Made by a program: the position numbers and the translations under genes. Source: Nemertoderma westbladi (Eukaryota; Animalia; Xenacoelomorpha). Taken from it: 64,000 nucleotides of DNA. The notes beneath the pieces were generated by a model. That model worked only from the letters and a program-made list of their open reading frames with translations, was not told the DNA's origin and searched no databases. The stretch spans positions 1 through 64,000 of the forward strand of contig JAUCBJ010004184.1 of the NCBI GenBank assembly GCA_032718475.1, given 5' to 3'. Shown piece after piece: positions 10,431-25,400 of this stretch. The stretch's first letter is position 1. Every line of letters begins with the position of its first letter.

Positions 10431-13400
10431 TTTCTCTCTTCCATGCTTCATCTCTTCCATCCTTGCATTATTTCTCTCTTCCATGCATCATCTCTTCAAT
10501 CCTTGCATTATTTCTCTCTTCCATGCTTCCACTCTTCCATCCTTGCATTATTTCTCTCTTCCATGCTTCCACTCTTCCATCCTTGCATTATTTCTCTCTT
10601 CCATGCTTCATCTCTTCCATCCTTGCATTATTTCTCTCTTCCATGCTTCATCTCTTCAATCCTTGCATTATTTCTCTCTTCCATGCTTCCACTCTTCCAT
10701 CCTTGCATTATTTCTCTCTTCCATGCTTCATCTCTTCCATCCTTGCATTATTTCTCTCTTCCATGCATCATCTCTTCAATCCTTGCATTATTTCTCTCTT
10801 CCATGCTTCCACTCTTCCATCCTTGCATTATTTCTCTCTTCCATGCTTCCACTCTTCCATCCTTGCATTATTTCTCTCTTCCATGCTTCATCTCTTCCAT
10901 CCTTGCATTATTTCTCTCTTCCATGCATCATCTCTTCAATCCTTGCATTATTTCTCTCTTCCATGCTTCCACTCTTCCATCCTTGCATTATTTCTCTCTT
11001 CCATGCATCATCTCTTCCATCCTTGCATTATTTCTCTCTTCCATGCTTCATCTCTTCCATCCTTGCATTATTTCTCTCTTCCATGCATCATCTCTTCAAT
11101 CCTTGCATTATTTCTCTCTTCCATGCTTCCACTCTTCCATCCTTGCATTATTTCTCTCTTCCATGCTTCCACTCTTCCATCCTTGCATTATTTCTCTCTT
11201 CCATGCTTCCACTCTTCCATCCTTGCATTATTTCTCTCTTCCATGCTTCCACTCTTCCATCCTTGCATTATTTCTCTCTTCCATGCTTCCACTCTTCCAT
11301 CCTTGCATTATTTCTCTCTTCCATGCATCATCTCTTCAATCCTTGCATTATTTCTCTCTTCCATGCTTCCACTCTTCCATCCTTGCATTATTTCTCTCTT
11401 CCATGCATCATCTCTTCCATCCTTGCATTATTTCTCTCTTCCATGCATCATCTCTTCCATCCTTGCATTATTTCTCTCTTCCATCCTTCCACTCTTCAAT
11501 CCTTGCATTATTTCTCTCTTCCATGCATCATCTCTTCAATCCTTGCATTATTTCTCTCTTCCATGCTTCCACTCTTCCATCCTTGCATTATTTCTCTCTT
11601 CCATGCATCATCTCTTCCATCCTTGCATTATTTCTCTCTTCCATCCTTCCACTCTTCAATCCTTGCATTATTTCTCTCTTCCATGCTTCATCTCTTCAAT
11701 CCTTGCATTATTTCTCTCTTCCATGCTTCCACTCTTCCATCCTTGCATTATTTCTCTCTTCCATGCATCATCTCTTCCATCCTTGCATTATTTCTCTCTT
11801 CCATGCATCATCTCTTCCATCCTTGCATTATTTCTCTCTTCCATCCTTCCACTCTTCAATCCTTGCATTATTTCTCTCTTCCATGCATCATCTCTTCAAT
11901 CCTTGCATTATTTCTCTCTTCCATGCTTCCACTCTTCCATCCTTGCATTATTTCTCTCTTCCATGCATCATCTCTTCCATCCTTGCATTATTTCTCTCTT
12001 CCATCCTTCCACTCTTCAATCCTTGCATTATTTCTCTCTTCCATGCTTCCACTCTTCCATCCTTGCATTATTTCTCTCTTCCATGCTTCATCTCTTCAAT
12101 CCTTGCATTATTTCTCTCTTCCATGCTTCCACTCTTCCATCCTTGCATTATTTCTCTCTTCCATGCTTCATCTCTTCCATCCTTGCATTATTTCTCTCTT
12201 CCATGCATCATCTCTTCAATCCTTGCATTATTTATCTCTTCCATGCTTCATCTCTTCAATCCTTGCATTATTTCTCTCTTCCATGCATCATCTCTTCAAT
12301 CCTTGCATTATTTCTCTCTTCCATGCATCATCTCTTCCATCCTTGCATTATTTCTCTCTTCCATGCATCATCTCTTCCATCCTTGCATTATTTCTCTCTT
12401 CCATCCTTCCACTCTTCAATCCTTGCATTATTTCTCTCTTCCATGCATCATCTCTTCAATCCTTGCATTATTTCTCTCTTCCATGCTTCCACTCTTCCAT
12501 CCTTGCATTATTTCTCTCTTCCATGCTTCCACTCTTCCATCCTTGCATTATTTCTCTCTTCCATGCATCATCTCTTCCATCCTTGCATTATTTCTCTCTT
12601 CCATCCTTCCACTCTTCAATCCTTGCATTATTTCTCTCTTCCATGCATCATCTCTTCAATCCTTGCATTATTTCTCTCTTCCATGCTTCCACTCTTCCAT
12701 CCTTGCATTATTTCTCTCTTCCATGCTTCCACTCTTCCATCCTTGCATTATTTCTCTCTTCCATGCATCATCTCTTCCATCCTTGCATTATTTCTCTCTT
12801 CCATCCTTCCACTCTTCCATCCTTGCATTATTTCTCTCTTCCATGCTTCCACTCTTCAATCCTTGCATTATTTCTCTCTTCCATGCATCATCTCTTCCAT
12901 CCTTGCATTATTTCTCTCTTCCATCCTTCCACTCTTCAATCCTTGCATTATTTCTCTCTTCCATGCTTCCACTCTTCCATCCTTGCATTATTTCTCTCTT
13001 CCATGCATCATCTCTTCCATCCTTGCATTATTTCTCTCTTCCATGCATCATCTCTTCCATCCTTGCATTATTTCTCTCTTCCATCCTTCCACTCTTCAAT
13101 CCTTGCATTATTTCTCTCTTCCATGCTTCATCTCTTCAATCCTTGCATTATTTCTCTCTTCCATGCTTCATCTCTTCAATCCTTGCATTATTTCTCTCTT
13201 CCATGCATCATCTCTTCCATCCTTGCATTATTTCTCTCTTCCATCCTTCCACTCTTCAATCCTTGCATTATTTCTCTCTTCCATGCTTCATCTCTTCAAT
13301 CCTAGCATTATTTCTCTCTTCCATGCTTCATCTCTTCAATCCTTGCATTATTTCTCTCTTCCATGCTTCCACTCTTCCATCCTTGCATTATTTCTCTCTT

Positions 13401-16400
13401 CCATCCTTCCACTCTTCAATCCTTGCATTATTTCTCTCTTCCATGCATCATCTCTTCCATCCTTGCATTATTTCTCTCTTCCATGCATCATCTCTTCCAT
13501 CCTTGCATTATTTCTCTCTTCCATCCTTCCACTCTTCAATCCTTGCATTATTTCTCTCTTCCATGCTTCATCTCTTCAATCCTTGCATTATTTCTCTCTT
13601 CCATGCTTCATCTCTTCAATCCTTGCATTATTTCTCTCTTCCATGCTTCCACTCTTCCATCCTTGCATTATTTCTCTCTTCCATGCATCATCTCTTCCAT
13701 CCTTGCATTATTTCTCTCTTCCATCCTTCCACTCTTCAATCCTTGCATTATTTCTCTCTTCCATGCATCATCTCTTCCATCCTTGCATTATTTCTCTCTT
13801 CCATCCTTCCACTCTTCAATCCTTGCATTATTTCTCTCTTCCATGCTTCATCTCTTCCATCCTTGCATTATTTCTCTCTTCCATGCTTCATCTCTTCAAT
13901 CCTTGCATTATTTCTCTCTTCCATGCATCATCTCTTCCATCCTTGCATTATTTCTCTCTTCCATCCTTCCACTCTTCAATCCTTGCATTATTTCTCTCTT
14001 CCATGCTTCATCTCTTCCATCCTTGCATTATTTCTCTCTTCCATGCTTCATCTCTTCAATCCTTGCATTATTTCTCTCTTCCATGCTTCCACTCTTCCAT
14101 CCTTGCATTATTTCTCTCTTCCATCCTTCCACTCTTCCATCCTTGCATTATTTCTCTCGTCCATGCTTCATCTCTTCCATCCTTGCATTATTTCTCTCTT
14201 CCATCCTTCCACTCTTCCATCCTTGCATTATTTCTCTCTTCCATGCTTCATCTCTTCCATCCTTGCATTATTTCTCTCTTCCATGCATCATCTCTTCAAT
14301 CCTTGCATTATTTCTCTCTTCCATGCTTCATCTCTTCAATCCTTGCATTATTTCTCTCTTCCATGCATCATCTCTTCAATCCTTGCATTATTTCTCTCTT
14401 CCATGCTTCATCTCTTCAATCCTTGCATTATTTCTCTCTTCCATGCATCATCTCTTCAATCCTTGCATTATTTCTCTCTTCCATGCTTCATCTCTTCAAT
14501 CCTTGCATTATTTCTCTCTTCCATGCTTCCACTCTTCCATCCTTGCATTATTTCTCTCTTCCATGCATCATCTCTTCCATCCTTGCATTATTTCTCTCTT
14601 CCATGCATCATCTCTTCCATCCTTGCATTATTTCTCTCTTCCATCCTTCCACTCTTCAATCCTTGCATTATTTCTCTCTTCCATGCATCATCTCTTCAAT
14701 CCTTGCATTATTTCTCTCTTCCATGCTTCCACTCTTCCATCCTTGCATTATTTCTCTCTTCCATGCATCATCTCTTCCATCCTTGCATTATTTCTCTCTT
14801 CCATCCTTCCACTCTTCAATCCTTGCATTATTTCTCTCTTCCATGCTTCATCTCTTCAATCCTTGCATTATTTCTCTCTTCCATGCTTCCACTCTTCCAT
14901 CCTTGCATTATTTCTCTCTTCCATGCTTCATCTCTTCAATCCTTGCATTATTTCTCTCTTCCATGCTTCCACTCTTCCATCCTTGCATTATTTCTCTCTT
15001 CCATGCTTCCACTCTTCCATCCTTGCATTATTTCTCTCTTCCATGCTTCATCTCTTCAATCCTTGCATTATTTCTCTCTTCCATGCTTCCACTCTTCCAT
15101 CCTTGCATTATTTCTCTCTTCCATGCTTCATCTCTTCAATCCTTGCATTATTTCTCTCTTCCATGCTTCCACTCTTCCATCCTTGCATTATTTCTCTCTT
15201 CCATGCTTCATCTCTTCCATCCTTGCATTATTTCTCTCTTCCATGCTTCATCTCTTCCATCCTTGCATTATTTCTCTCTTCCATGCATCATCTCTTCAAT
15301 CCTTGCATTATTTATCTCTTCCATGCTTCATCTCTCCAATCCTTGCATTATTTCTCTCTTCCATGCTTCATCTCTTCAATCCTTGCATTATTTCTCTCTT
15401 CCATGCTTCCACTCTTCCATCCTTGCATTATTTCTCTCTTCCATGCTTCCACTCTTCCATCCTTGCATTATTTCTCTCTTCCATGCTTCATCTCTTCAAT
15501 CCTTGCATTATTTCTCTCTTCCATGCTTCCACTCTTCCATCCTTGCATTATTTCTCTCTTCCATGCTTCCACTCTTCCATCCTTGCATTATTTCTCTCTT
15601 CCATGCATCATCTCTTCCATCCTTGCATTATTTCTCTCTTCCATCCTTCCACTCTTCAATCCTTGCATTATTTCTCTCTTCCATGCTTCATCTCTTCAAT
15701 CCTTGCATTATTTCTCTCTTCCATGCTTCCACTCTTCCATCCTTGCATTATTTCTCTCTTCCATGCTTCATCTCTTCCATCCTTGCATTATTTCTCTCTT
15801 CCATGCATCATCTCTTCAATCCTTGCATTATTTATCTCTTCCATGCTTCATCTCTCCAATCCTTGCATTATTTCTCTCTTCCATGCTTCATCTCTTCAAT
15901 CCTTGCATTATTTCTCTCTTCCATGCTTCCACTCTTCCATCCTTGCATTATTTCTCTCTTCCATGCATCATCTCTTCAATCCTTGCATTATTTCTCTCTT
16001 CCATGCTTCCACTCTTCAATCCTTGCATTATTTCTCTCTTCCATGCTTCATCTCTTCCATCCTTGCATTATTTCTCTCTTCCATGCTTCATCTCTTCCAT
16101 CCTTGCATTATTTCTCTCTTCCATGCATCATCTCTTCAATCCTTGCATTATTTATCTCTTCCATGCATCATCTCTTCAATCCTTGCATTATTTCTCTCTT
16201 CCATGCTTCATCTCTTCAATCCTTGCATTATTTCTCTCTTCCATGCTTCCACTCTTCCATCCTTGCATTATTTCTCTCTTCCATGCTTCCACTCTTCCAT
16301 CCTTGCATTATTTCTCTCTTCCATGCTTCATCTCTTCCATCCTTGCATTATTTCTCTCTTCCATGCTTCATCTCTTCCATCCTTGCATTATTTCTCTCTT

Positions 16401-19400
16401 CCATGCATCATCTCTTCAATCCTTGCATTATTTCTCTCTTCCATGCATCATCTCTTCAATCCTTGCATTATTTCTCTCTTCCATGCATCATCTCTTCAAT
16501 CCTTGCATTATTTCTCTCTTCCATGCATCATCTCTTCAATCCTTGCATTATTTCTCTCTTCCATGCTTCATCTCTTCCATCCTTGCATTATTTCTCTCTT
16601 CCATGCTTCATCTCTTCCATCCTTGCATTATTTCTCTCTTCCATGCATCATCTCTTCAATCCTTGCATTATTTATCTCTTCCATGCATCATCTCTTCAAT
16701 CCTTGCATTATTTCTCTCTTCCATGCATCATCTCTTCAATCCTTGCATTATTTCTCTCTTCCATGCTTCATCTCTTCCATCCTTGCATTATTTCTCTCTT
16801 CCATGCTTCATCTCTTCAATCCTTGCATTATTTATCTCTTCCATGCTTCATCTCTTCCATCCTTGCATTATTTCTCTCTTCCATGCATCATCTCTTCAAT
16901 CCTTGCATTATTTCTCTCTTCCATGCTTCATCTCTTCCATCCTTGCATTATTTCTCTCTTCCATGCATCATCTCTTCAATCCTTGCATTATTTCTCTCTT
17001 CCATGCTTCCACTCTTCCATCCTTGCATTATTTCTCTCTTCCATGCTTCCACTCTTCAATCCTTGCATTATTTCTCTCTTCCATGCTTCATCTCTTCCAT
17101 CCTTGCATTATTTCTCTCTTCCATGTTTCATCTCTTCAATCCTTGCATTATTTCTCTCTCCAGTGCTTCCACTCTTCAATCCTTGCATTATTTCTCTCTT
17201 CCATGCTTCATCTCTTCCATCCTTGCATTATTTCTCTCTTCCATGCTTCCACTCTTCAATCCTTGCATTATTTCTCTCTTCCATGCTTCCACTCTTCCAT
17301 CCTTGCATTATTTCTCTCTTCCATGCTTCCACTCTTCAATCCTTGCATTATTTCTCTCTTCCATGCTTCATCTCTTCCATCCTTGCATTATTTCTCTCTT
17401 CCATGCTTCATCTCTTCAATCCTTGCATTATTTCTCTCTTCCATGCTTCCACTCTTCCATCCTTGCATTATTTCTCTCTTCCATGCTTCCACTCTTCAAT
17501 CCTTGCATTATTTCTCTCTTCCATGCTTCCACTCTTCAATCCTTGCATTATTTCTCTCTTCCATGCTTCATCTCTTCCATCCTTGCATTATTTCTCTCTT
17601 CCATGCTTCATCTCTTCAATCCTTGCATTATTTCTCTCTTCCATGCTTCCACTCTTCCATCCTTGCATTATTTCTCTCTTCCATGCTTCATCTCTTCAAT
17701 CCTTGCGTTATTTCTCTCTTCCATGCTTCATCTCTTCAATCCTTGCATTATTTCTCTCTTCCATGCTTCATCTCTTCCATCCTTGCATTATTTCTCTCTT
17801 CCATGCTTCCACTCTTCAATCCTTGCATTATTTCTCTCTTCCATGCTTCATCTCTTCAATCCTTGCATTATTTCTCTCTTCCATGCTTCCACTCTTCCAT
17901 CCTTGCATTATTTCTCTCTTCCATGCTTCCACTCTTCCATCCTTGCATTATTTCTCTCTTCCATGCTTCCACTCTTCCATCCTTGCATTATTTCTCTCTT
18001 CCATGCTTCCACTCTTCCATCCTTGCATTATTTCTCTCTTCCATGCTTCATCTCTTCAATCCTTGCATTATTTCTCTCTTCCATGCTTCCACTCTTCCAT
18101 CCTTGCATTATTTCTCTCTTCCATGCTTCCACTCTTCCATCCTTGCATTATTTCTCTCTTCCATGCTTCCACTCTTCCATCCTTGCATTATTTCTCTCTT
18201 CCATGCTTCATCTCTTCAATCCTTGCATTATTTCTCTCTTCCATGCTTCCACTCTTCCATCCTTGCATTATTTCTCTCTTCCATGCTTCCACTCTTCAAT
18301 CCTTGCATTATTTCTCTCTTCCATGCTTCCACTCTTCAATCCTTGCATTATTTCTCTCTTCCATGCTTCATCTCTTCCATCCTTGCATTATTTCTCTCTT
18401 CCATGTTTCATCTCTTCAATCCTTGCATTATTTCTCTCTTCCATGCTTCCACTCTTCCATCCTTGCATTATTTCTCTCTTCCATGCTTCATCTCTTCAAT
18501 CCTTGCATTATTTCTCTCTTCCATGCTTCATCTCTTCAATCCTTGCATTATTTCTCTCTTCCATGCTTCATCTCTTCCATCCTTGCATTATTTCTCTCTT
18601 CCATGCTTCCACTCTTCAATCCTTGCATTATTTCTCTCTTCCATGCTTCCACTCTTCAATCCTTGCATTATTTCTCTCTTCCATGCTTCATCTCTTCAAT
18701 CCTTGCATTATTTCTCTCTTCCATGCTTCCACTCTTCCATCCTTGCATTATTTCTCTCTTCCATGCTTCATCTCTTCAATCCTTGCATTATTTCTCTCTT
18801 CCATGCTTCATCTCTTCAATCCTTGCATTATTTCTCTCTTCCATGCTTCCACTCTTCAATCCTTGCATTATTTCTCTCTTCCATGCTTCCACTCTTCAAT
18901 CCTTGCATTATTTCTCTCTTCCATGCTTCCACTCTTCCATCCTTGCATTATTTCTCTCTTCCATGCTTCATCTCTTCCATCCTTGCATTATTTCTCTCTT
19001 CCATGTTTCATCTCTTCAATCCTTGCATTATTTCTCTCTTCCATGCTTCCACTCTTCAATCCTTGCATTATTTCTCTCTTCCATGCTTCATCTCTTCCAT
19101 CCTTGCATTATTTCTCTCTTCCATGTTTCATCTCTTCAATCCTTGCATTATTTCTCTCTTCCATGCTTCCACTCTTCAATCCTTGCATTATTTCTCTCTT
19201 CCATGCTTCATCTCTTCAATCCTTGCATTATTTCTCTCTTCCATGCTTCCACTCTTCCATCCTTGCATTATTTCTCTCTTCCATGCTTCCACTCTTCAAT
19301 CCTTGCATTATTTCTCTCTTCCATGCTTCATCTCTTCCATCCTTGCATTATTTCTCTCTTCCATGCTTCATCTCTTCAATCCTTGCATTATTTCTCTCTT

Positions 19401-22400
19401 CCATGCTTCATCTCTTCCATCCTTGCATTATTTCTCTCTTCCATGCTTCATCTCTTCAATCCTTGCATTATTTCTCTCTTCCATGCTTCCACTCTTCAAT
19501 CCTTGCATTATTTCTCTCTTCCATGCTTCCACTCTTCAATCCTTGCATTATTTCTCTCTTCCATGCTTCATCTCTTCCATCCTTGCATTATTTCTCTCTT
19601 CCATGTTTCATCTCTTCAATCCTTGCATTATTTCTCTCTTCCATGCTTCCACTCTTCAATCCTTGCATTATTTCTCTCTTCCATGCTTCATCTCTTCCAT
19701 CCTTGCATTATTTCTCTCTTCCATGTTTCATCTCTTCAATCCTTGCATTATTTCTCTCTTCCATGCTTCCACTCTTCAATCCTTGCATTATTTCTCTCTT
19801 CCATGCTTCATCTCTTCCATCCTTGCATTATTTCTCTCTTCCATGCTTCATCTCTTCAATCCTTGCATTATTTCTCTCTTCCATGCTTCCACTCTTCCAT
19901 CCTTGCATTATTTCTCTCTTCCATGCTTCATCTCTTCAATCCTTGCATTATTTCTCTCTTCCATGCTTCATCTCTTCAATCCTTGCATTATTTCTCTCTC
20001 CCGTGCTTCCACTCTTCAATCCTTGCATTATTTCTCTCTTCCATGCTTCATCTCTTCCATCCTTGCATTATTTCTCTCTTCCATGCTTCCACTCTTCAAT
20101 CCTTGCATTATTTCTCTCTTCCATGCTTCCACTCTTCCATCCTTGCATTATTTCTCTCTTCCATGCTTCCACTCTTCAATCCTTGCATTATTTCTCTCTT
20201 CCATGCTTCATCTCTTCCATCCTTGCATTATTTCTCTCTTCCATGCTTCATCTCTTCAATCCTTGCATTATTTCTCTCTTCCATGCTTCCACTCTTCCAT
20301 CCTTGCATTATTTCTCTCTTCCATGCTTCCACTCTTCAATCCTTGCATTATTTCTCTCTTCCATGCTTCCACTCTTCAATCCTTGCATTATTTCTCTCTT
20401 CCATGCTTCATCTCTTCCATCCTTGCATTATTTCTCTCTTCCATGCTTCATCTCTTCAATCCTTGCATTATTTCTCTCTTCCATGCTTCCACTCTTCCAT
20501 CCTTGCATTATTTCTCTCTTCCATGCTTCATCTCTTCAATCCTTGCATTATTTCTCTCTTCCATGCTTCATCTCTTCAATCCTTGCATTATTTCTCTCTT
20601 CCATGCTTCATCTCTTCCATCCTTGCATTATTTCTCTCTTCCATGCTTCCACTCTTCAATCCTTGCATTATTTCTCTCTTCCATGCTTCCACTCTTCAAT
20701 CCTTGCATTATTTCTCTCTTCCATGCTTCATCTCTTCCATCCTTGCATTATTTCTCTCTTCCATGCTTCCACTCTTCCATCCTTGCATTATTTCTCTCTT
20801 CCATGCTTCCACTCTTCCATCCTTGCATTATTTCTCTCTTCCATGCTTCATCTCTTCAATCCTTGCATTATTTCTCTCTTCCATGCTTCCACTCTTCCAT
20901 CCTTGCATTATTTCTCTCTTCCATGCTTCCACTCTTCAATCCTTGCATTATTTCTCTCTTCCATGCTTCCACTCTTCAATCCTTGCATTATTTCTCTCTT
21001 CCATGCTTCATCTCTTCCATCCTTGCATTATTTCTCTCTTCCATGCTTCATCTCTTCAATCCTTGCATTATTTCTCTCTTCCATGCTTCCACTCTTCCAT
21101 CCTTGCATTATTTCTCTCTTCCATGCTTCATCTCTTCAATCCTTGCATTATTTCTCTCTTCCATGCTTCATCTCTTCAATCCTTGCATTATTTCTCTCTT
21201 CCATGCTTCATCTCTTCCATCCTTGCATTATTTCTCTCTTCCATGCTTCCACTCTTCAATCCTTGCATTATTTCTCTCTTCCATGCTTCCACTCTTCAAT
21301 CCTTGCATTATTTCTCTCTTCCATGCTTCATCTCTTCCATCCTTGCATTATTTCTCTCTTCCATGCTTCATCTCTTCAATCCTTGCATTATTTCTCTCTT
21401 CCATGCTTCCACTCTTCAATCCTTGCATTATTTCTCTCTTCCATGCTTCATCTCTTCCATCCTTGCATTATTTCTCTCTTCCATGTTTCATCTCTTCAAT
21501 CCTTGCATTATTTCTCTCTTCCATGCTTCCACTCTTCAATCCTTGCATTATTTCTCTCTTCCATGCTTCATCTCTTCAATCCTTGCATTATTTCTCTCTT
21601 CCATGCTTCCACTCTTCCATCCTTGCATTATTTCTCTCTTCCATGCTTCCACTCTTCAATCCTTGCATTATTTCTCTCTTCCATGCTTCATCTCTTCCAT
21701 CCTTGCATTATTTCTCTCTTCCATGCTTCATCTCTTCAATCCTTGCATTATTTCTCTCTTCCATGCTTCATCTCTTCCATCCTTGCATTATTTCTCTCTT
21801 CCATGCTTCATCTCTTCAATCCTTGCATTATTTCTCTCTTCCATGCTTCCACTCTTCAATCCTTGCATTATTTCTCTCTTCCATGCTTCATCTCTTCAAT
21901 CCTTGCATTATTTCTCTCTTCCATGCTTCATCTCTTCCATCCTTGCATTATTTCTCTCTTCCATGCTTCATCTCTTCAATCCTTGCATTATTTCTCTCTT
22001 CCATGCTTCATCTCTTCCATCCTTGCATTATTTCTCTCTTCCATGCTTCCACTCTTCAATCCTTGCATTATTTCTCTCTTCCATGCTTCATCTCTTCAAT
22101 CCTTGCATTATTTCTCTCTTCCATGCTTCATCTCTTCCATCCTTGCATTATTTCTCTCTTCCATGCATCATCTCTTCAATCCTTGCATTATTTCTCTCTT
22201 CCATGCTTCCACTCTTCCATCCTTGCATTATTTCTCTCTTCCATGCTTCCACTCTTCAATCCTTGCATTATTTCTCTCTTCCATGCTTCCACTCTTCAAT
22301 CCTTGCATTATTTCTCTCTTCCATGCTTCATCTCTTCAATCCTTGCATTATTTCTCTCTTCCATGCTTCCACTCTTCAATCCTTGCATTATTTCTCTCTT

Positions 22401-25400
22401 CCATGTTTCCACTTCAATCCTTGCATTATTTCTCTCTTCCATGCTTCCACTCTTCCATCCTTGCATTATTTCTCTCTTCCATGCTTCATCTCTTCCATCC
22501 TTGCATTATTTCTCTCTTCCATGCTTCCACTCTTCAATCCTTGCATTATTTCTCTCTTCCATGCTTCATCTCTTCAATCCTTGCATTATTTATCTCTTCC
22601 ATGCTTCATCTCTTCCATCCTTGCATTATTTCTCTCTTCCATGCATCATCTCTTCAATCCTTGCATTATTTCTCTCTTCCATGCTTCCACTCTTCCATCC
22701 TTGCATTATTTCTCTCTTCCATGCATCATCTCTTCAATCCTTGCATTATTTCTCTCTTCCATGCTTCCACTCTTCAATCCTTGCATTATTTCTCTCTTCC
22801 ATGCTTCATCTCTTCCATCCTTGCATTATTTCTCTCTTCCATGCTTCCACTCTTCAATCCTTGCATTATTTCTCTCTTCCATGCTTCCACTCTTCAATCC
22901 TTGCATTATTTCTCTCTTCCATGCTTCATCTCTTCAATCCTTGCATTATTTCTCTCTTCCATGCTTCCACTCTTCAATCCTTGCATTATTTCTCTCTTCC
23001 ATGCTTCATCTCTTCAATCCTTGCATTATTTCTCTCTTCCATGCTTCATCTCTTCAATCCTTGCATTATTTCTCTCTTCCATGCTTCCACTCTTCAATCC
23101 TTGCATTATTTCTCTCTTCCATGCTTCATCTCTTCAATCCTTGCATTATTTCTCTCTTCCATGCTTCCACTCTTCCATCCTTGCATTATTTCTCTCTTCC
23201 ATGCATCATCTCTTCAATCCTTGCATTATTTCTCTCTTCCATGCTTCATCTCTTCAATCCTTGCATTATTTCTCTCTTCCATGCTTCATCTCTTCAATCC
23301 TTGCATTATTTCTCTCTTCCATGCTTCCACTCTTCAATCCTTGCATTATTTCTCTCTTCCATGCTTCATCTCTTCAATCCTTGCATTATTTCTCTCTTCC
23401 ATGCTTCCACTCTTCCATCCTTGCATTATTTCTCTCTTCCATGCATCATCTCTTCAATCCTTGCATTATTTCTCTCTTCCATGCTTCATCTCTTCAATCC
23501 TTGCATTATTTCTCTCTTCCATGCTTCATCTCTTCAATCCTTGCATTATTTCTCTCTTCCATGCTTCCACTCTTCAATCCTTGCATTATTTCTCTCTTCC
23601 ATGCTTCATCTCTTCAATCCTTGCATTATTTCTCTCTTCCATGCTTCCACTCTTCCATCCTTGCATTATTTCTCTCTTCCATGCATCATCTCTTCAATCC
23701 TTGCATTATTTCTCTCTTCCATGCTTCCACTCTTCAATCCTTGCATTATTTCTCTCTTCCATGCTTCATCTCTTCCATCCTTGCATTATTTCTCTCTTCC
23801 ATGCTTCCACTCTTCAATCCTTGCATTATTTCTCTCTTCCATGCTTCCACTCTTCAATCCTTGCATTATTTCTCTCTTCCATGCTTCATCTCTTCAATCC
23901 TTGCATTATTTCTCTCTTCCATGCTTCCACTCTTCAATCCTTGCATTATTTCTCTCTTCCATGCTTCCACTCTTCAATCCTTGCATTATTTCTCTCTTCC
24001 ATGCTTCATCTCTTCAATCCTTGCATTATTTCTCTCTTCCATGTTTCCACTCAATCCTTGCATTATTTCTCTCTTCCATGCTTCCACTCTTCCATCCTTG
24101 CATTATTTCTCTCTTCCATGCTTCATCTCTTCCATCCTTGCATTATTTCTCTCTTCCATGCTTCCACTCTTCAATCCTTGCATTATTTCTCTCTTCCATG
24201 CTTCATCTCTTCAATCCTTGCATTATTTATCTCTTCCATGCTTCATCTCTTCCATCCTTGCATTATTTATCTCTTCCATGCATCATCTCTTCAATCCTTG
24301 CATTATTTCTCTCTTCCATGCTTCATCTCTTCCATCCTTGCATTATTTCTCTCTTCCATGCTTCCACTCTTCAATCCTTGCATTATTTCTCTCTTCCATG
24401 CTTCATCTCTTCCATCCTTGCATTATTTCTCTCTTCCATGCTTCATCTCTTCCATCCTTGCATTATTTCTCTCTTCCATGCATCATCTCTTCAATCCTTG
24501 CATTATTTCTCTCTTCCATGCTTCATCTCTTCCATCCTTGCATTATTTCTCTCTTCCATGCTTCATCTCTTCCATCCTTGCATTATTTCTCTCTTCCATG
24601 CTTCATCTCTTCCATCCTTGCATTATTTATCTCTTCCATGCATCATCTCTTCAATCCTTGCATTATTTCTCTCTTCCATGCTTCATCTCTTCCATCCTTG
24701 CATTATTTCTCTCTTCCATGCTTCCACTCTTCAATCCTTGCATTATTTCTCTCTTCCATGCTTCCACTCTTCCATCCTTGCATTATTTCTCTCTTCCATG
24801 CTTCCACTCTTCAATCCTTGCATTATTTCTCTCTTCCATGCTTCATCTCTTCAATCCTTGCATTATTTCTCTCTTCCATGCTTCATCTCTTCAATCCTTG
24901 CATTATTTATCTCTTCCATGCTTCATCTCTTCCATCCTTGCATTATTTCTCTCTTCCATGCATCATCTCTTCAATCCTTGCATTATTTCTCTCTTCCATG
25001 CTTCCACTCTTCAATCATTGCATTATTTCTCTCTTCCATGCTTCATCTCTTCCATCCTTGCATTATTTCTCTCTTCCATGCATCATCTCTTCAATCCTTG
25101 CATTATTTCTCTCTTCCATGCATCATCTCTTCAATCCTTGCATTATTTCTCTCTTCCATGCATCATCTCTTCAATCCTTGCATTATTTCTCTCTTCCATG
25201 CTTCCACTCTTCAATCATTGCATTATTTCTCTCTTCCATGCTTCATCTCTTCCATCCTTGCATTATTTCTCTCTTCCATGCTTCCACTCTTCAATCATTG
25301 CATTATTTCTCTCTTCCATGCTTCATCTCTTCCATCCTTGCATTATTTCTCTCTTCCATGCTTCCACTCTTCAATCATTGCATTATTTCTCTCTTCCATG

